DNA of 44,868 nucleotides from an uncultured Deinococcales bacterium. Lineage in GTDB: Bacteria; Deinococcota; Deinococci; Deinococcales; JAAFIG01. The position numbers and the translations under genes were made by a program. This document shows, piece after piece, positions 29,779 through 39,247 of this stretch. The stretch lies in contig CAXTKV010000012.1 of NCBI GenBank assembly GCA_964244895.1, forward strand, positions 1 to 44,868, written 5' to 3'. Every line of letters starts with the position of its first letter. Positions within the stretch are counted from its first letter, which is position 1. Below the pieces are notes generated by a model, which had not been told where the DNA came from, did not search any database, and was given only the letters and a program-made list of their open reading frames with translations.

Positions 29779-30786
29779 GTGCCCGTCTGCCCGTATTGCC
29801 AGACGCTGAACCTTCCGCAGGTCACGCAATGCACCTCGTGCGGCGCGGGTCTGGGCGCGAAACCCGGCGCGATCTCGAGTCGGACTTCACCCCAATCGTT
29901 GCCGAGCGGCACGCGGTTGGATGACGAACGGTATGCGCTCAAGGGCGTGATCGGTCACGGCGCTTTCGGGTTGACGTACAAGGCGCTGCACAAGGCGTCC
30001 CTCGAGATCGTGGCGATCAAGGAACACTTCCCGAGCGGTCTGTGCGAGCGTAACCCGAACGGGCGCGTGGTCGCGCTGTACAACACGAATCAGGAATACG
30101 CGCAAAGCCTGGATCGTTTTTACCGCGAGGGCGAGGTGCTGGCTCAGTTGCGCCACCCGAGCAACGTCGAGGTGCGCGGTTCGTTCCAGGCGTTCGGAAC
30201 GTCGTACCTGGTGATGGAGTTTCTGGAAGGCCAAACGCTCGAGCAACGCTTAGTAGTCGGGGCGCGGCTCGCGCCCAATGAAGCGCTCGAGCTGCTGCGC
30301 GATCTGCTCGGGGCGCTCGAGGAATTGCACGCCCTGGGTTTTTTGCACCGCGATCTGAAGCCCGCCAACATCATGCTGACGACGGGACGCGCGGAACTGA
30401 TGGATTTCGGTTCGGTCACGCGCTTTGACGCCCTGCGCGCGGTGCGGGTCAGCGCGCGCCTGCTGACCCCCGCCTACGCGCCCTTGGAGCAGTACGCGAC
30501 GGAAGTTCGGCTTTCACCCGCGACTGATCTGTACGCGCTGGCCGCGAGCGTCTACGAGGCCCTGTGCGCCCGCGCACCCGAAAGCGCGTTGGCGCGTGCG
30601 AACGGGATGCCGATGATGCCAATTCAAACGTTGAATCCCGGTGTGCCGGACGCCTTGGCGCGGGTGCTCGAGAGCGCCTTGAACTTGCGGGTGGACGCTC
30701 GACCCGCCAGCGCCAGAGCGATGCTGGATGCGCTGGGCTTGAAGCCGAAAGGTCGTGAGTACGGCCCGAATTCCGAGGCGTGGTGA
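29779..30786 (+). CDS. Hanks-type Ser/Thr protein kinase with N-terminal zinc ribbon
   Basis: CPYC..CTSC, GHGAFG, AIKE, HRDLKPANI, DFG, YAPLEQ. Confidence 0.92.
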   Translation: MPVCPYCQTLNLPQVTQCTSCGAGLGAKPGAISSRTSPQSLPSGTRLDDERYALKGVIGHGAFGLTYKALHKASLEIVAIKEHFPSGLCERNPNGRVVALYNTNQEYAQSLDRFYREGEVLAQLRHPSNVEVRGSFQAFGTSYLVMEFLEGQTLEQRLVVGARLAPNEALELLRDLLGALEELHALGFLHRDLKPANIMLTTGRAELMDFGSVTRFDALRAVRVSARLLTPAYAPLEQYATEVRLSPATDLYALAASVYEALCARAPESALARANGMPMMPIQTLNPGVPDALARVLESALNLRVDARPASARAMLDALGLKPKGREYGPNSEAW

Positions 30787-30842
30787 TCTCGAGCAGTACC
30801 GGGTGATCTCGAGCAGTGACGGGAACACCGTCCAGGACGCGC
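30782..30842. repeat. 16-bp direct repeat followed by a palindromic repeat unit
   Basis: GGTGATCTCGAGCAGT at 30782 and 30802; GAACACCGTCCAGGACGCGC at 30823. Confidence 0.8.
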
Positions 30843-30885
30843 ACCGACTCTGGGCGTCGGCTCGCCCTTCGTCCATTCGCGCTCG

Positions 30886-31104
30886 ATGAAGGCCGTCAGG
30901 CTGGCGATCACTGCCGCCAACGTGGTGCTCTCGAGCCTGATTCACACCGTCTGGCAACTCGATCTGAGCTTCGGGTTGATGTTGGGCTTGGGCACGGGCC
31001 TGGTGGCCAGCGTGCTGGGCGCGACCATCGCCATCGCTGCGGCCTTGCTCAGCCTGGGCATCCGGCGCGTCTCGAGACCAGTGATTCCGGCTGGCATAGA
31101 CTGA
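30886..31104 (+). CDS. Small hypothetical membrane protein
   Basis: 72 aa with two hydrophobic segments; fills the gap between genes. Confidence 0.5.
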   Translation: MKAVRLAITAANVVLSSLIHTVWQLDLSFGLMLGLGTGLVASVLGATIAIAAALLSLGIRRVSRPVIPAGID

Positions 31105-31110
31105 GCGGTG

Positions 31111-31395
31111 ATGTCTCCCCTCGAGCGAATCATCGTTTCCATCTGGGTCAACGAGTTGAGCGCGAAGCTTGGTCGCTCGCCCCGGAGCATTCTCGAGCGC
31201 GGATTGAATGCGGGCGATTTTTCCATCCGCAACGCAGTCGAAATCAAGTTCGATGATGGTTCGAGTGCCCATTTTCGGCATGCGTTTTTTGTGAGTACCC
31301 AAGAGGCGAAACGCGTGGCTGTCTTGACTGAACATTGCGGCTACCACGAGTTTCACGCGGGCGGTCTCGAGATTCAAGATGTCGAGAGTGCCTGA
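31111..31395 (+). CDS. Hypothetical protein
   Basis: 94 aa, natural-looking composition (TEHCGYHEF); TAGACT just upstream. Confidence 0.65.
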   Translation: MSPLERIIVSIWVNELSAKLGRSPRSILERGLNAGDFSIRNAVEIKFDDGSSAHFRHAFFVSTQEAKRVAVLTEHCGYHEFHAGGLEIQDVESA

Positions 31396-31405
31396 AAGAA
31401 ATACG

Positions 31406-31450
31406 CACCGTCCAGCACGGTTTCTAAAGATTGCGTCTCGGACGGTGTTC
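31406..31450. repeat. Palindromic repeat doublet
   Basis: CACCGTCCAGCACGG-tttctaaagat-TGCGTCTCGGACGGTGTTC. Confidence 0.85.
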
Positions 31451-31481
31451 TCGGCATTGCGGGCGAGCTTAAACTTTCAGC

Positions 31482-32168
31482 GTGACCGACACGGAAAAAC
31501 TTGGCCTGCTCGAGGAAACCGCGCGGCGCTTGAAACGCCAGTACAAGCGCCGCGCGCCGAAGAAACCGGATTCGGATGACGACGTGCTGGACGGGTTGAT
31601 CGGCACGATTTTGTCCCATCAGAACGTGGACGCCACGACCGCGCGGATGTTCGCGGCGCTCAAGGCCGCTTTCCCGACGTGGCGCTCGGCGCTCGAGGCC
31701 GGGCCGGACGAGATCCAGCGCGTGCTCGAGGCCTCAAGGGGCGGCCTGTCACGCGTCAAGGCGAGCTACATTCACCGCGTGCTGATCGCGCTGATGGACT
31801 CCCGCGATGAGCTCTCGCTCGAGTTCCTGCGGACGCTGCCGGACGCGGAAATCCGCGCGTTCCTGGAAGCCCTGCCGGGCGTCGGCATGAAAACCTCATC
31901 GTGCGTCTTGATGTTCGATCTGGGCCGCGCCGCCATGCCCGTGGACACGCACATTCACCGTCTGGCGCGGCGTATGGGGTTCGTGGACGACAAGGCCAGC
32001 GCGGTGCAGGCTGAACTCTGGTTCGACGCGAGGTTGCCCAAAGATTGGAAGAAACGCTGGGAGTTTCACGTCAACGCCATCGATCACGGCAAAAAGACCT
32101 GCCATTCTCAGCGACCGGAATGCGCTGTGTGCGCGCTGAACGACATTTGCCCGAGCGCGAAAGCCTGA
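31482..32168 (+). CDS. Endonuclease III-like HhH-GPD glycosylase with [4Fe-4S] motif
   Basis: LPGVGMKTS, PVDTHIHR, C-X6-C-X2-C-X5-C; TAAACT 6 nt before the GTG. Confidence 0.92.
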   Translation: MTDTEKLGLLEETARRLKRQYKRRAPKKPDSDDDVLDGLIGTILSHQNVDATTARMFAALKAAFPTWRSALEAGPDEIQRVLEASRGGLSRVKASYIHRVLIALMDSRDELSLEFLRTLPDAEIRAFLEALPGVGMKTSSCVLMFDLGRAAMPVDTHIHRLARRMGFVDDKASAVQAELWFDARLPKDWKKRWEFHVNAIDHGKKTCHSQRPECAVCALNDICPSAKA

Positions 32169-32218
32169 ATCTCGAGCGCTGCGAGTTTCGAGATCGCCAG
32201 ACCAATCCACACATCGTC

Positions 32219-32267
32219 GTAGGGGCGAACGTCACGCCCAAGCGTGCAGGCACGACGCGTTCGCCCT
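32219..32267 (+). repeat. GTAG-class REP hairpin
   Basis: GTAGGGGCGAACG...CGTTCGCCCT; same GTAGGGGC foot as the RAYT-linked REP. Confidence 0.65.
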
Positions 32268-32332
32268 CTCGCGGAAACGATGCCCGAGCTTCCGTCGCGA
32301 GAACAGGCTCCAGATCGATTCGCGTCTCGAGA

Positions 32333-32393
32333 GAACCGTCCCAGACGCGAAATGTTCAAACAAAAGAACACCGTCCAGGACGGTGTTCTCGAG
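32333..32393. repeat. Two repeat units, the second a perfect 25-bp palindrome
   Basis: GAACCGTCCCAGACGCG and AGAACACCGTCC-A-GGACGGTGTTCT-CGAG. Confidence 0.92.
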
Positions 32394-32402
32394 GCTTGCG
32401 GC

Positions 32403-32654
32403 TTACGCCTTGTGGCCTTCCACCGTATCGCGCGACACGACGGCGTCGATGGACGCGTCCACGACCTCGATGGTGGCGATCACGGCGCGTTTCAGGCGCA
32501 CGGCGGCGCGGCGGCGAAAACGGCGCGCCAGACGCTGAGCCTGGTGAACGCTGTCGTACGTTCCCGAAACGAGTCTGTCGATCATGCCGTCCTGCCCGCC
32601 ATCGGCGTTGTCCAGCATGAATGTGGCCAGCACGAAGAAACCTTTCTTATCCAT
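32403..32654 (-). CDS. Small hypothetical protein (83 aa)
   Basis: TAGATT 6 nt upstream of the ATG; host-like codons. Confidence 0.6.
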   Translation of the reverse strand: MDKKGFFVLATFMLDNADGGQDGMIDRLVSGTYDSVHQAQRLARRFRRRAAVRLKRAVIATIEVVDASIDAVVSRDTVEGHKA

Positions 32655-32723
32655 GAGTTCAATCTAGACCCGAATTGATGGACGGAGTGTGAATTTGCCA
32701 TTGATCCCGCCCTGAACTCGCAC

Positions 32724-33674
32724 TCACGAATCGAGCCACTTCAGGATCGGCTCGCGCAGCCTGGAGTAACCTTTGTAGTCGCTCAGGGCGGGGCTCATCT
32801 CGCGCATGGCGGCGGCCAACTTGTTGCGGCGCGAGATGTCCTGGACGGCGTCCGTCAGGGGTTGCACGTAGACGCGGATGGTGAACAGCGCCCGATCCAG
32901 GTCGGGCATCGGGAAGGTGGTCTGGCGTTCCACCCGAAAAAACGTCTGTGCGGCCAGCGCATCCGGGTCGTCGTAGACGCGATCATCGGGCTCGAGCTTG
33001 GCATCTTCCGGGTGCTGCTCGAGGCGCGGATCGGTGGTGATCGACCACACGAACCGCACGAACGGCCCGCCCGTGACCATCGCGCGCGCGACGTTGCGGC
33101 TGGCGGCGATCAGCGCGGCGTTGTCCGCCACGGGTTCGTGAACCGCCATGAAGGACCGACCGATTTTTTCTCTCGGGCTCCAACGGCTCGGGAAGCAGAC
33201 GTGGATCAGTTCCGCGCGGGCTTCGTCTGCGCCCTGCACGATCACGAAGTCTTCTTGCATCCAGAGCGCCGTCGCATCAGCGAGGTGTTCAACGAACGAC
33301 CTGGCATCGAAAGGAGGGCCTCCCCATCCACCGAGAGCCGCCAACGTCGTCGTTTCGCCCTGATCGTCACGTTCGAACTTCACGAGATCGGGGTACTCGG
33401 ATGCAAATAGCTCCCGCACGCGTTGGAGCGCTTTGAAAAGACCGGGTTCATCATCCGTCGAGACGACGCGACAGCGAAACGGATCGCGCCGAAGCAACGC
33501 GCGTTTCCGCTCGAGATAGTCCGGGTACGCCCGGTCCAGCCTGAAATGCCCCACTTCTAGCTTCCCGTCCACGACCGTTCCCAACCTGTGCAGGTCGGCG
33601 CGGATGCGCGGTGGAACCTCGACCGGGAAGGGGATATCCGGTTCATTCAGGGTCTCGAGGAGATTTTCTTTCAA
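32724..33674 (-). CDS. DUF3445 / heme-dependent oxidative N-demethylase alpha-like protein
   Basis: WMQEDFVIV, CFPSRWSPREKIG..F.AVHEPV, FVRFVWSI, FRVERQT, LFTIRVY. Start uncertain (TTG 33674). Confidence 0.8.
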   Translation of the reverse strand: MKENLLETLNEPDIPFPVEVPPRIRADLHRLGTVVDGKLEVGHFRLDRAYPDYLERKRALLRRDPFRCRVVSTDDEPGLFKALQRVRELFASEYPDLVKFERDDQGETTTLAALGGWGGPPFDARSFVEHLADATALWMQEDFVIVQGADEARAELIHVCFPSRWSPREKIGRSFMAVHEPVADNAALIAASRNVARAMVTGGPFVRFVWSITTDPRLEQHPEDAKLEPDDRVYDDPDALAAQTFFRVERQTTFPMPDLDRALFTIRVYVQPLTDAVQDISRRNKLAAAMREMSPALSDYKGYSRLREPILKWLDS

Positions 33675-33732
33675 GAACACCGTCCCACACGCGTATTCTC
33701 GAGATAAAAGAACGCTGTCCAGCGCGGTGTTC
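33674..33732. repeat. Two repeat units
   Basis: AGAACACCGTCCCACACGCG-tattCTCGAG... and GAACGCTGTCCAGCGCGGTGTTC. Confidence 0.82.
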
Positions 33733-33739
33733 CCACGGT

Positions 33740-34210
33740 TCAATCCTTCTGAACGTGACCCGACCACGGGTAGACGATCCAGGCGTCGGTGGCCCGAGCG
33801 TGGTAGTCGGGTTGACCATCCACCTTGGAATTGCCGGGCTTGTAGTGCAACACGCACGTGACGGGCGTGCCGCCCGCCATGCGGACGCGCTGCACGACGG
33901 ATTCGATCGTCTTGCCGGAATCCCAGACTTCGTCCACCACCAGAATGCGCTGGGCGCGCAGCAACGGATCGGCGGGAAATTGCAGGAAGGTCGGGGCGTG
34001 CGCGGGCTGGCCGGTGTCGTCGTCGTAGAACTCGACCGCCGCCACCAGGATGTTGCGGATGCCCAACCTGTAGCCCAGGATCGAACCGGGAATCATGCCG
34101 CCGCGCGTGATGACCAGCATCGCGTCGAATTTCTCGCCGCGAAGGCGCTCTGCGATGCCGTTGACCATGTCTTCGATGTCCTGGTAGCTGGGACGCTCTT
34201 TGACGCTCAT
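33740..34210 (-). CDS. Type I phosphoribosyltransferase (xanthine/guanine PRT-like)
   Basis: ITRGGMIP, ILVVDEVWDSGKT, WIVYPW. Confidence 0.9.
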   Translation of the reverse strand: MSVKERPSYQDIEDMVNGIAERLRGEKFDAMLVITRGGMIPGSILGYRLGIRNILVAAVEFYDDDTGQPAHAPTFLQFPADPLLRAQRILVVDEVWDSGKTIESVVQRVRMAGGTPVTCVLHYKPGNSKVDGQPDYHARATDAWIVYPWSGHVQKD

Positions 34211-34441
34211 GCGAGCCAGTATGCCACGGCGCGGCACCCAACAAGACTCCCGCTGGCTCGAGCCGCAGGAACATATCCCGCTGTCGTTCTGAGGAACCAC
34301 GAAGCATCGTTCGCCCTCGCGCAGACGCGAAGCATCGCGCGTGCAGGTTCGCGCAGATCGAAGGGTAATGGCCGATATTTCTGGCGTCGCAGAGCGGGAT
34401 TTTTAACAGATACCCCTCACCCCGGCCCGTAAACTCGAACG

Positions 34442-36991
34442 ATGAAGTTCTGGTCACTTGCGAGCATCACAGCCCTGATCGTCCTCGCGTCGTGCAACAG
34501 CGGTAACGTCACGCCGATCCCACCTCCGGCAGGTCCGCCGCCGCCACCGACGCCGCCCGGCCCGACGCCCGGTCAGCAGACCTTCAAATGGTCGGACCCG
34601 AACGCCTGGGGCGGGAGCCTTCCGGCGGCGGGTGCGACCGTGACCATTCCGGCCAACAAGTACATCGTGCTGGACGTGAACACGCCCGCCCTGAAAGGTT
34701 TGCAGGTCGATGGCGCGCTGATCTTCGACGACAAGGATCTGGAATTGACTTCCAACTGGGTGATGGTTCACGGTAGCGGACGGCTCGAGGTCGGACGCAC
34801 CGATAAGCCCTTCACCAAACGCGCCACCATCACCCTGACGGGTACGGACACCGGCGAGAACGTCATGGGTATGGGCACGAAACTCCTGGGCGCGATGGGC
34901 GGATCGATCGAGCTGGTCGGTGAAGCCAACCGCACGCCCTGGACGAAACTGAGCGCGACCGTCGCCAAGGGCGCGAAATCCATCACCGTGGCGGATGCCA
35001 AAGGCTGGCGCGTCGGGGATCGGATCGTGCTGGCCTCGACCGATTACGAACCGACTCAGGCCGAGGACGTGACCGTTACCGCCGTCTCCGGCAACACCGT
35101 CAGCTTCGACAAGGCGCTGGCCTATTCGCACTTCGGCGAGGTCACGAATGGCGTGGACGAACGCGGCGAGGTCGGGTTGCTGACCCGCAACGTGGTCGTG
35201 CAGGGCGACGCGGGCAGCACGGGCGGTTTCGGCGGGCACATGATGGTCATGGCGGGCAGTTCGGCCCGCGTGGTCGGCGTGCAATTCCAGCGCATGGGTC
35301 AAAAAGGCAAGCTCGGGCGTTACCCGGTTCACTTCCACCTGGCCGGGGACGAATCGGTCAGTTTCATCAAGGATTCCAGCATCTTTGAAACCTACAACCG
35401 TTGCCTCACGATTCACGGCACCAACAACCTGCTGGTCAGCCGCAACGTGGCGTACAACAACATCGGTCACTGCTACTTCTTCGAGGATGGCGTTGAAATC
35501 GGCAACAAGCTCGAGGGCAACCTGGCGATCCTGGCCAAAGCCTCCAAATCCGGCGAGGAGGTCGTCCCGAGCGACAATCAGCCCTCGAGCTACTGGATCA
35601 CCAACCCGGCCAACAGCATCGTCGGGAACGTCGCGGCGGGGTCGCAGAACACGGGCTTCTGGTTCGCCATGCCCGAACACCCGACGGGCGCATCGAAGAA
35701 CGCCACTAACGACGCCGATGTCTGGCCGCGCCGCACGGCAGTCGGCGAATTCCGCGATAACGTCTCTCACTCCAACGACAACCGCGCGCTGAACGTGGAC
35801 GACATGCCGCGCCCGGACGGTACGCTCGAGACGGCGGGCTACACCGCGTATTCAGACCCGAAAAACCGCAAGGGCGTGCTGACCAGCGAATTCAAGACCT
35901 TCACGGCCTACCGCAACCGCCAACGCGCCGTCTGGTTCCGGGGCAGCAACCTGGTGCTGTCCGGCGCGAAACTGGCCGACAACGCCATCGGCGCGACCTT
36001 CGCGTCGGATGAAACGATGATCAAGGATTCGTTGGTCGTCGGTGAGACCGCCAACAAGGGCACGCCGAAAGACTACGAAGTCAACCAGGGTCGCATCGGC
36101 GTGGATGGGCGATCCTTGCCCAAACCCTGGGAGATCACCTTCCCGATTCGCGGTTACGAGTTCTACGACGGTCAGGTCAGCGCCGTCAACACGAAGTTCG
36201 TGAATTTCCAACCGAACGCCAAGCGTCAGGCGAGCGCGCTCTCCTACCTGCGGTTCACGGCCTTCGGTATAGACACGTTCAATGCTGCTGACAGCCTGAG
36301 CTTCGAGAATGCCAATCAGGTCTACTTCGAGCCCCGACCCGACCCCGTAGCGGCGGATGTGGCTGCAGATGCCAACAACGGTCAGGATGGGTATCGGGCC
36401 GCCGTGTTCCGCGATGCGACGGCCTCGGTATCCGGCGTGCCCGACAGCAGCGTCGTGATCGACAACCCGTTCCTGGTGGACGGCAATTGCACCGCCAAAG
36501 CCGCCTGGAACGCCCAGGTCTGCACGAACCGCTACGCGCGCGTCTGGCTGGAATCCGTCAACGACAACCCGGTGATTGCGCCCGTGACCTTGACTCGAGA
36601 GGAAGGTTCCAGACCCAGCTACACGATGTGGGGCGTGCCGAACAACGGCAGCCCGACCAGGAGCTTTCAGACCAGCGTGATCCTGGGCCGCGCGTATTCG
36701 TACGCGCTGTCCGGCCCGAAGCCGAATTACCTGCGGATTCACCTGCGCAGCGTCAAAGCGGGCGACTGGGTGCGCCTCTCGATTCCGTGGTCGGGCGCGG
36801 TTTACGCGTACCAGAACTACTACGTGGCCGATCAGAACAAGATGGTCAACGCCGCCAGCCTGAGCGATCTGGATGCGGCCACCAAGAACGCGTACTTCCT
36901 TGACGGTGGCACCTTGAATTTGAAGCTGATCGTGACGGGCACCAACGATTCCACGACCGCCGAGTTGTGCGGCACGAACCTCTGCAAATAA
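34442..36991 (+). CDS. G8-domain + beta-helix lipoprotein (TMEM2/CEMIP-like)
   Basis: Lipobox VLASC, Pro-rich linker, WSDPNAW G8 start, EVGLLTRNV, FGGH, MGQ..KLGRYPVHFH, NRCLTIHGT, GHCYFFEDG.E, YWITNP.N. Confidence 0.88.
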   Translation: MKFWSLASITALIVLASCNSGNVTPIPPPAGPPPPPTPPGPTPGQQTFKWSDPNAWGGSLPAAGATVTIPANKYIVLDVNTPALKGLQVDGALIFDDKDLELTSNWVMVHGSGRLEVGRTDKPFTKRATITLTGTDTGENVMGMGTKLLGAMGGSIELVGEANRTPWTKLSATVAKGAKSITVADAKGWRVGDRIVLASTDYEPTQAEDVTVTAVSGNTVSFDKALAYSHFGEVTNGVDERGEVGLLTRNVVVQGDAGSTGGFGGHMMVMAGSSARVVGVQFQRMGQKGKLGRYPVHFHLAGDESVSFIKDSSIFETYNRCLTIHGTNNLLVSRNVAYNNIGHCYFFEDGVEIGNKLEGNLAILAKASKSGEEVVPSDNQPSSYWITNPANSIVGNVAAGSQNTGFWFAMPEHPTGASKNATNDADVWPRRTAVGEFRDNVSHSNDNRALNVDDMPRPDGTLETAGYTAYSDPKNRKGVLTSEFKTFTAYRNRQRAVWFRGSNLVLSGAKLADNAIGATFASDETMIKDSLVVGETANKGTPKDYEVNQGRIGVDGRSLPKPWEITFPIRGYEFYDGQVSAVNTKFVNFQPNAKRQASALSYLRFTAFGIDTFNAADSLSFENANQVYFEPRPDPVAADVAADANNGQDGYRAAVFRDATASVSGVPDSSVVIDNPFLVDGNCTAKAAWNAQVCTNRYARVWLESVNDNPVIAPVTLTREEGSRPSYTMWGVPNNGSPTRSFQTSVILGRAYSYALSGPKPNYLRIHLRSVKAGDWVRLSIPWSGAVYAYQNYYVADQNKMVNAASLSDLDAATKNAYFLDGGTLNLKLIVTGTNDSTTAELCGTNLCK

Positions 36992-37044
36992 GCCGCGATG
37001 CTCGAGATCGAAACCTCGCCCCTCTGAGCTCGTGAAGTGCGTGA

Positions 37045-37090
37045 AACACCGTCCAGGACGCATTCCTTAATCTGCGTGCTAGACGGTGTT
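37045..37090. repeat. Palindromic repeat doublet
   Basis: AACACCGTCCAGGACGCA-ttccttaatc-TGCGTGCTAGACGGTGTT. Confidence 0.92.
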
Positions 37091-37366
37091 CTCGATTTTT
37101 GAGCCTCGGGAAGCGCCTCTGGATCGAGTTGCTCCGACACCGGCGGGCTCGCGGCTCGAGAGACGGCGCTCTGATCACTCGGAGCTCGCGATGCCCGAGC
37201 GGCAGGTCGGCGCTACGGTCGGGTCGAGAAGCGCTCGAGTTTCCCCAAAACACAATTTATTGGGCGATCTCTGAAGGTTCGAGTACGCCGTGTCATACGG
37301 CGTACTCGAGAGACGGCCATGCTTGCAGTAAGGAAAGCGTCAGGATGCGGCTGGTATACCGAGTGA

Positions 37367-37825
37367 ATGGCACTCACGGGCGATTTCAGTGAATTCCGTT
37401 TCGTAGACATCATGCCCTTCTTTGAAACCAACGCCCTCGCCTTCGGAACCGAGTGGTTGCCGAACGAAGGCGAGCTGGTGATGTACATCTCTCGCGGGGA
37501 AGTTTTGCACGCGCAGGTCAGCGGTCGAGCCCTGACCGAAGCCCAGGTGCGCGACGCCATCCGATTGCTGTTCAGCCGCCCGGACGGTCGTTTCGCCGCC
37601 CGCCGCGTGCCGCAGGGCGTGATTCCGCGCACCATGCGCGTCAACATCGGTGCGGTCGTGCTGAAAACCAGCGCCGAGTTCGATGAGTTCATGTCCGGCA
37701 AACGCAGCCGCCCCAAGCCCGAGTCCGCGCCTCCGGCTCCCGTAGTGGTTCAGCCTCCGGCGCGTCCGGGTTTCTGGGGGCAGGTTCGCGGCCTGTTCGG
37801 CGCCTCCGATTCCAGAGCCCGGTAA
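37367..37825 (+). CDS. DUF4388/PATAN-like domain protein
   Basis: MALTGDFSEFRFVDIM...MYISRGEVLHA...GRF pattern. Confidence 0.65.
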   Translation: MALTGDFSEFRFVDIMPFFETNALAFGTEWLPNEGELVMYISRGEVLHAQVSGRALTEAQVRDAIRLLFSRPDGRFAARRVPQGVIPRTMRVNIGAVVLKTSAEFDEFMSGKRSRPKPESAPPAPVVVQPPARPGFWGQVRGLFGASDSRAR

Positions 37826-37832
37826 GGCTACA

Positions 37833-37888
37833 AACACCGTCCAGCAGGCGCTTTCTCGATCTCGAGAAACTGCGCGCCGGACGGTGTT
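37833..37888. repeat. Palindromic repeat doublet with a palindromic CTCGA core
   Basis: AACACCGTCCAGCAGGCG-ctttctcgatctcgagaaac-TGCGCGCCGGACGGTGTT. Confidence 0.9.
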
Positions 37889-37993
37889 CTCTGCGTCTCC
37901 CGCTGGTTTGGACGGATCGAGCGACACAGTTCGCCCACTAGACCGTGCTTCCAATAGGATTCCCGAGCGCCCGGTCTCGTTATCATCGGCCTC

Positions 37994-39157
37994 GTGACGC
38001 TGCTCGAACCCCACCATCTGAGCGAACGACAGGCGCGATTCCTGGGAATGGCGACGCGCCTGAGCGCGAATTTCGCGGCTCGAGCCGACGAGTTCGACCG
38101 TCAGAACGCTTTACCGACCGAAAGTTACGCCGAACTTCGCGCTTCCGGGTATCCCGGTTTGACCGTGCCTGAACGCTTCGGCGGCGCGGGTGCGAACCTG
38201 CTGGAATTCGTCATGGCGCAATCCAGACTGGCCGTCGGTGACGCGTCTGTGGCGCTCGCCGCAGCCATGAACGCCCACGTCATCGGCACGGCGGGCGAGG
38301 CGGGCAACTGGCCCGAAGCGCTTCTGGAGCGCATCAGCCGCGCGATTGCCGACGGCGCGCTGATCAACGCCGTCGCGTCCGAACCCGAACTCGGCAGCCC
38401 GTCCAGGGGCGGGAATTTCCGCACCGTGGCGCACAAGGTCGAGGGCGGCTGGGAACTCCACGGGCGCAAAACCTGGGCGACCGGTGGCCGGATGATCGAC
38501 TTCTGGGTGGTTCAGGCCGCGCTGGACGGCAAAAACCTGGTTTCTAACACCGGACGGCTGATCGTGGACGCCAGAACCGACGGTGTCCGGCTCGAGCAAA
38601 CCTGGACGGATGCGCTCGCCATGCGCGCCAGCGCCGCCCACGATGTCGTCTTTGAAGCCGTGTACGTGCCGGACACGGATTTCATCCCGCCGACGCCGCC
38701 CGACCCGACGGGCTCGGCCTGGTTCTGGTCGTCCATGAGCGCCACCTACCTGGGCGTGGGCATCGCCGCACTGGAAGCCATCACGAAGTACGCCCAGGAG
38801 CGCGTGCCGACCGCCCTGGGGAAACCGATCGCGACCCTTGGGGGCGTGCAAGAAAAAATCGGCGCGATGGAACTGACGCTGAAAGCCGCCCAGACCGTGC
38901 TCTTCGAGGCCGCCGCGCGCTGGTCTGAGGGTCTCGAGCCCAAAGAATCCCTGCTGCCCCTGCTGGCCGGAGCCAAGCACCTGTGCACCAACGCCGCGAT
39001 TCACGCCACCGACCTGGGATTGCGCGCGGCGGGCGGCGGTTCCTTGACGCGCGCCCTGTCCCTCGAGCGGCACTTCCGCGATGCCCGCGCGGGGCTGGCG
39101 CACCCGCCATCGGACGAACTGGCCCTGCAGATGATCGGCAAATCCAGGCTCGAGTAA
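37994..39157 (+). CDS. Acyl-CoA dehydrogenase family protein
   Basis: VPERFGGAG, ASEPELGSPSRGG, GRKTWATG, LERHFRDAR. Confidence 0.9.
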   Translation: MTLLEPHHLSERQARFLGMATRLSANFAARADEFDRQNALPTESYAELRASGYPGLTVPERFGGAGANLLEFVMAQSRLAVGDASVALAAAMNAHVIGTAGEAGNWPEALLERISRAIADGALINAVASEPELGSPSRGGNFRTVAHKVEGGWELHGRKTWATGGRMIDFWVVQAALDGKNLVSNTGRLIVDARTDGVRLEQTWTDALAMRASAAHDVVFEAVYVPDTDFIPPTPPDPTGSAWFWSSMSATYLGVGIAALEAITKYAQERVPTALGKPIATLGGVQEKIGAMELTLKAAQTVLFEAAARWSEGLEPKESLLPLLAGAKHLCTNAAIHATDLGLRAAGGGSLTRALSLERHFRDARAGLAHPPSDELALQMIGKSRLE

Positions 39158-39201
39158 CACCGTCCAGCACATGAATCTTGAGATGCGTCCTGGACGGTGT
39201 T
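39156..39201. repeat. Palindromic repeat doublet overlapping the TAA stop
   Basis: (T)AACACCGTCCAGCACA-tgaatcttgaga-TGCGTCCTGGACGGTGTT. Confidence 0.92.
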
Positions 39202-39247
39202 CTCGTGCGACCGATCCTTTTGGTCGGCTCGGTAGAATGCCAGCACC

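Noticed and set aside
23628..31592. GTGCTGGACGG matches inside trmO, mmuM and endonuclease III as repeat insertions
   Set aside because: They encode ordinary VLDG peptides (conserved motifs in TrmO and MmuM) and lack the flanking arm sequence.
32724..34457. 577-aa ORF as one protein
   Set aside because: The 5' half overlaps the real PRTase gene in another frame and reads through a repeat; only the 3' DUF3445 part is coding.
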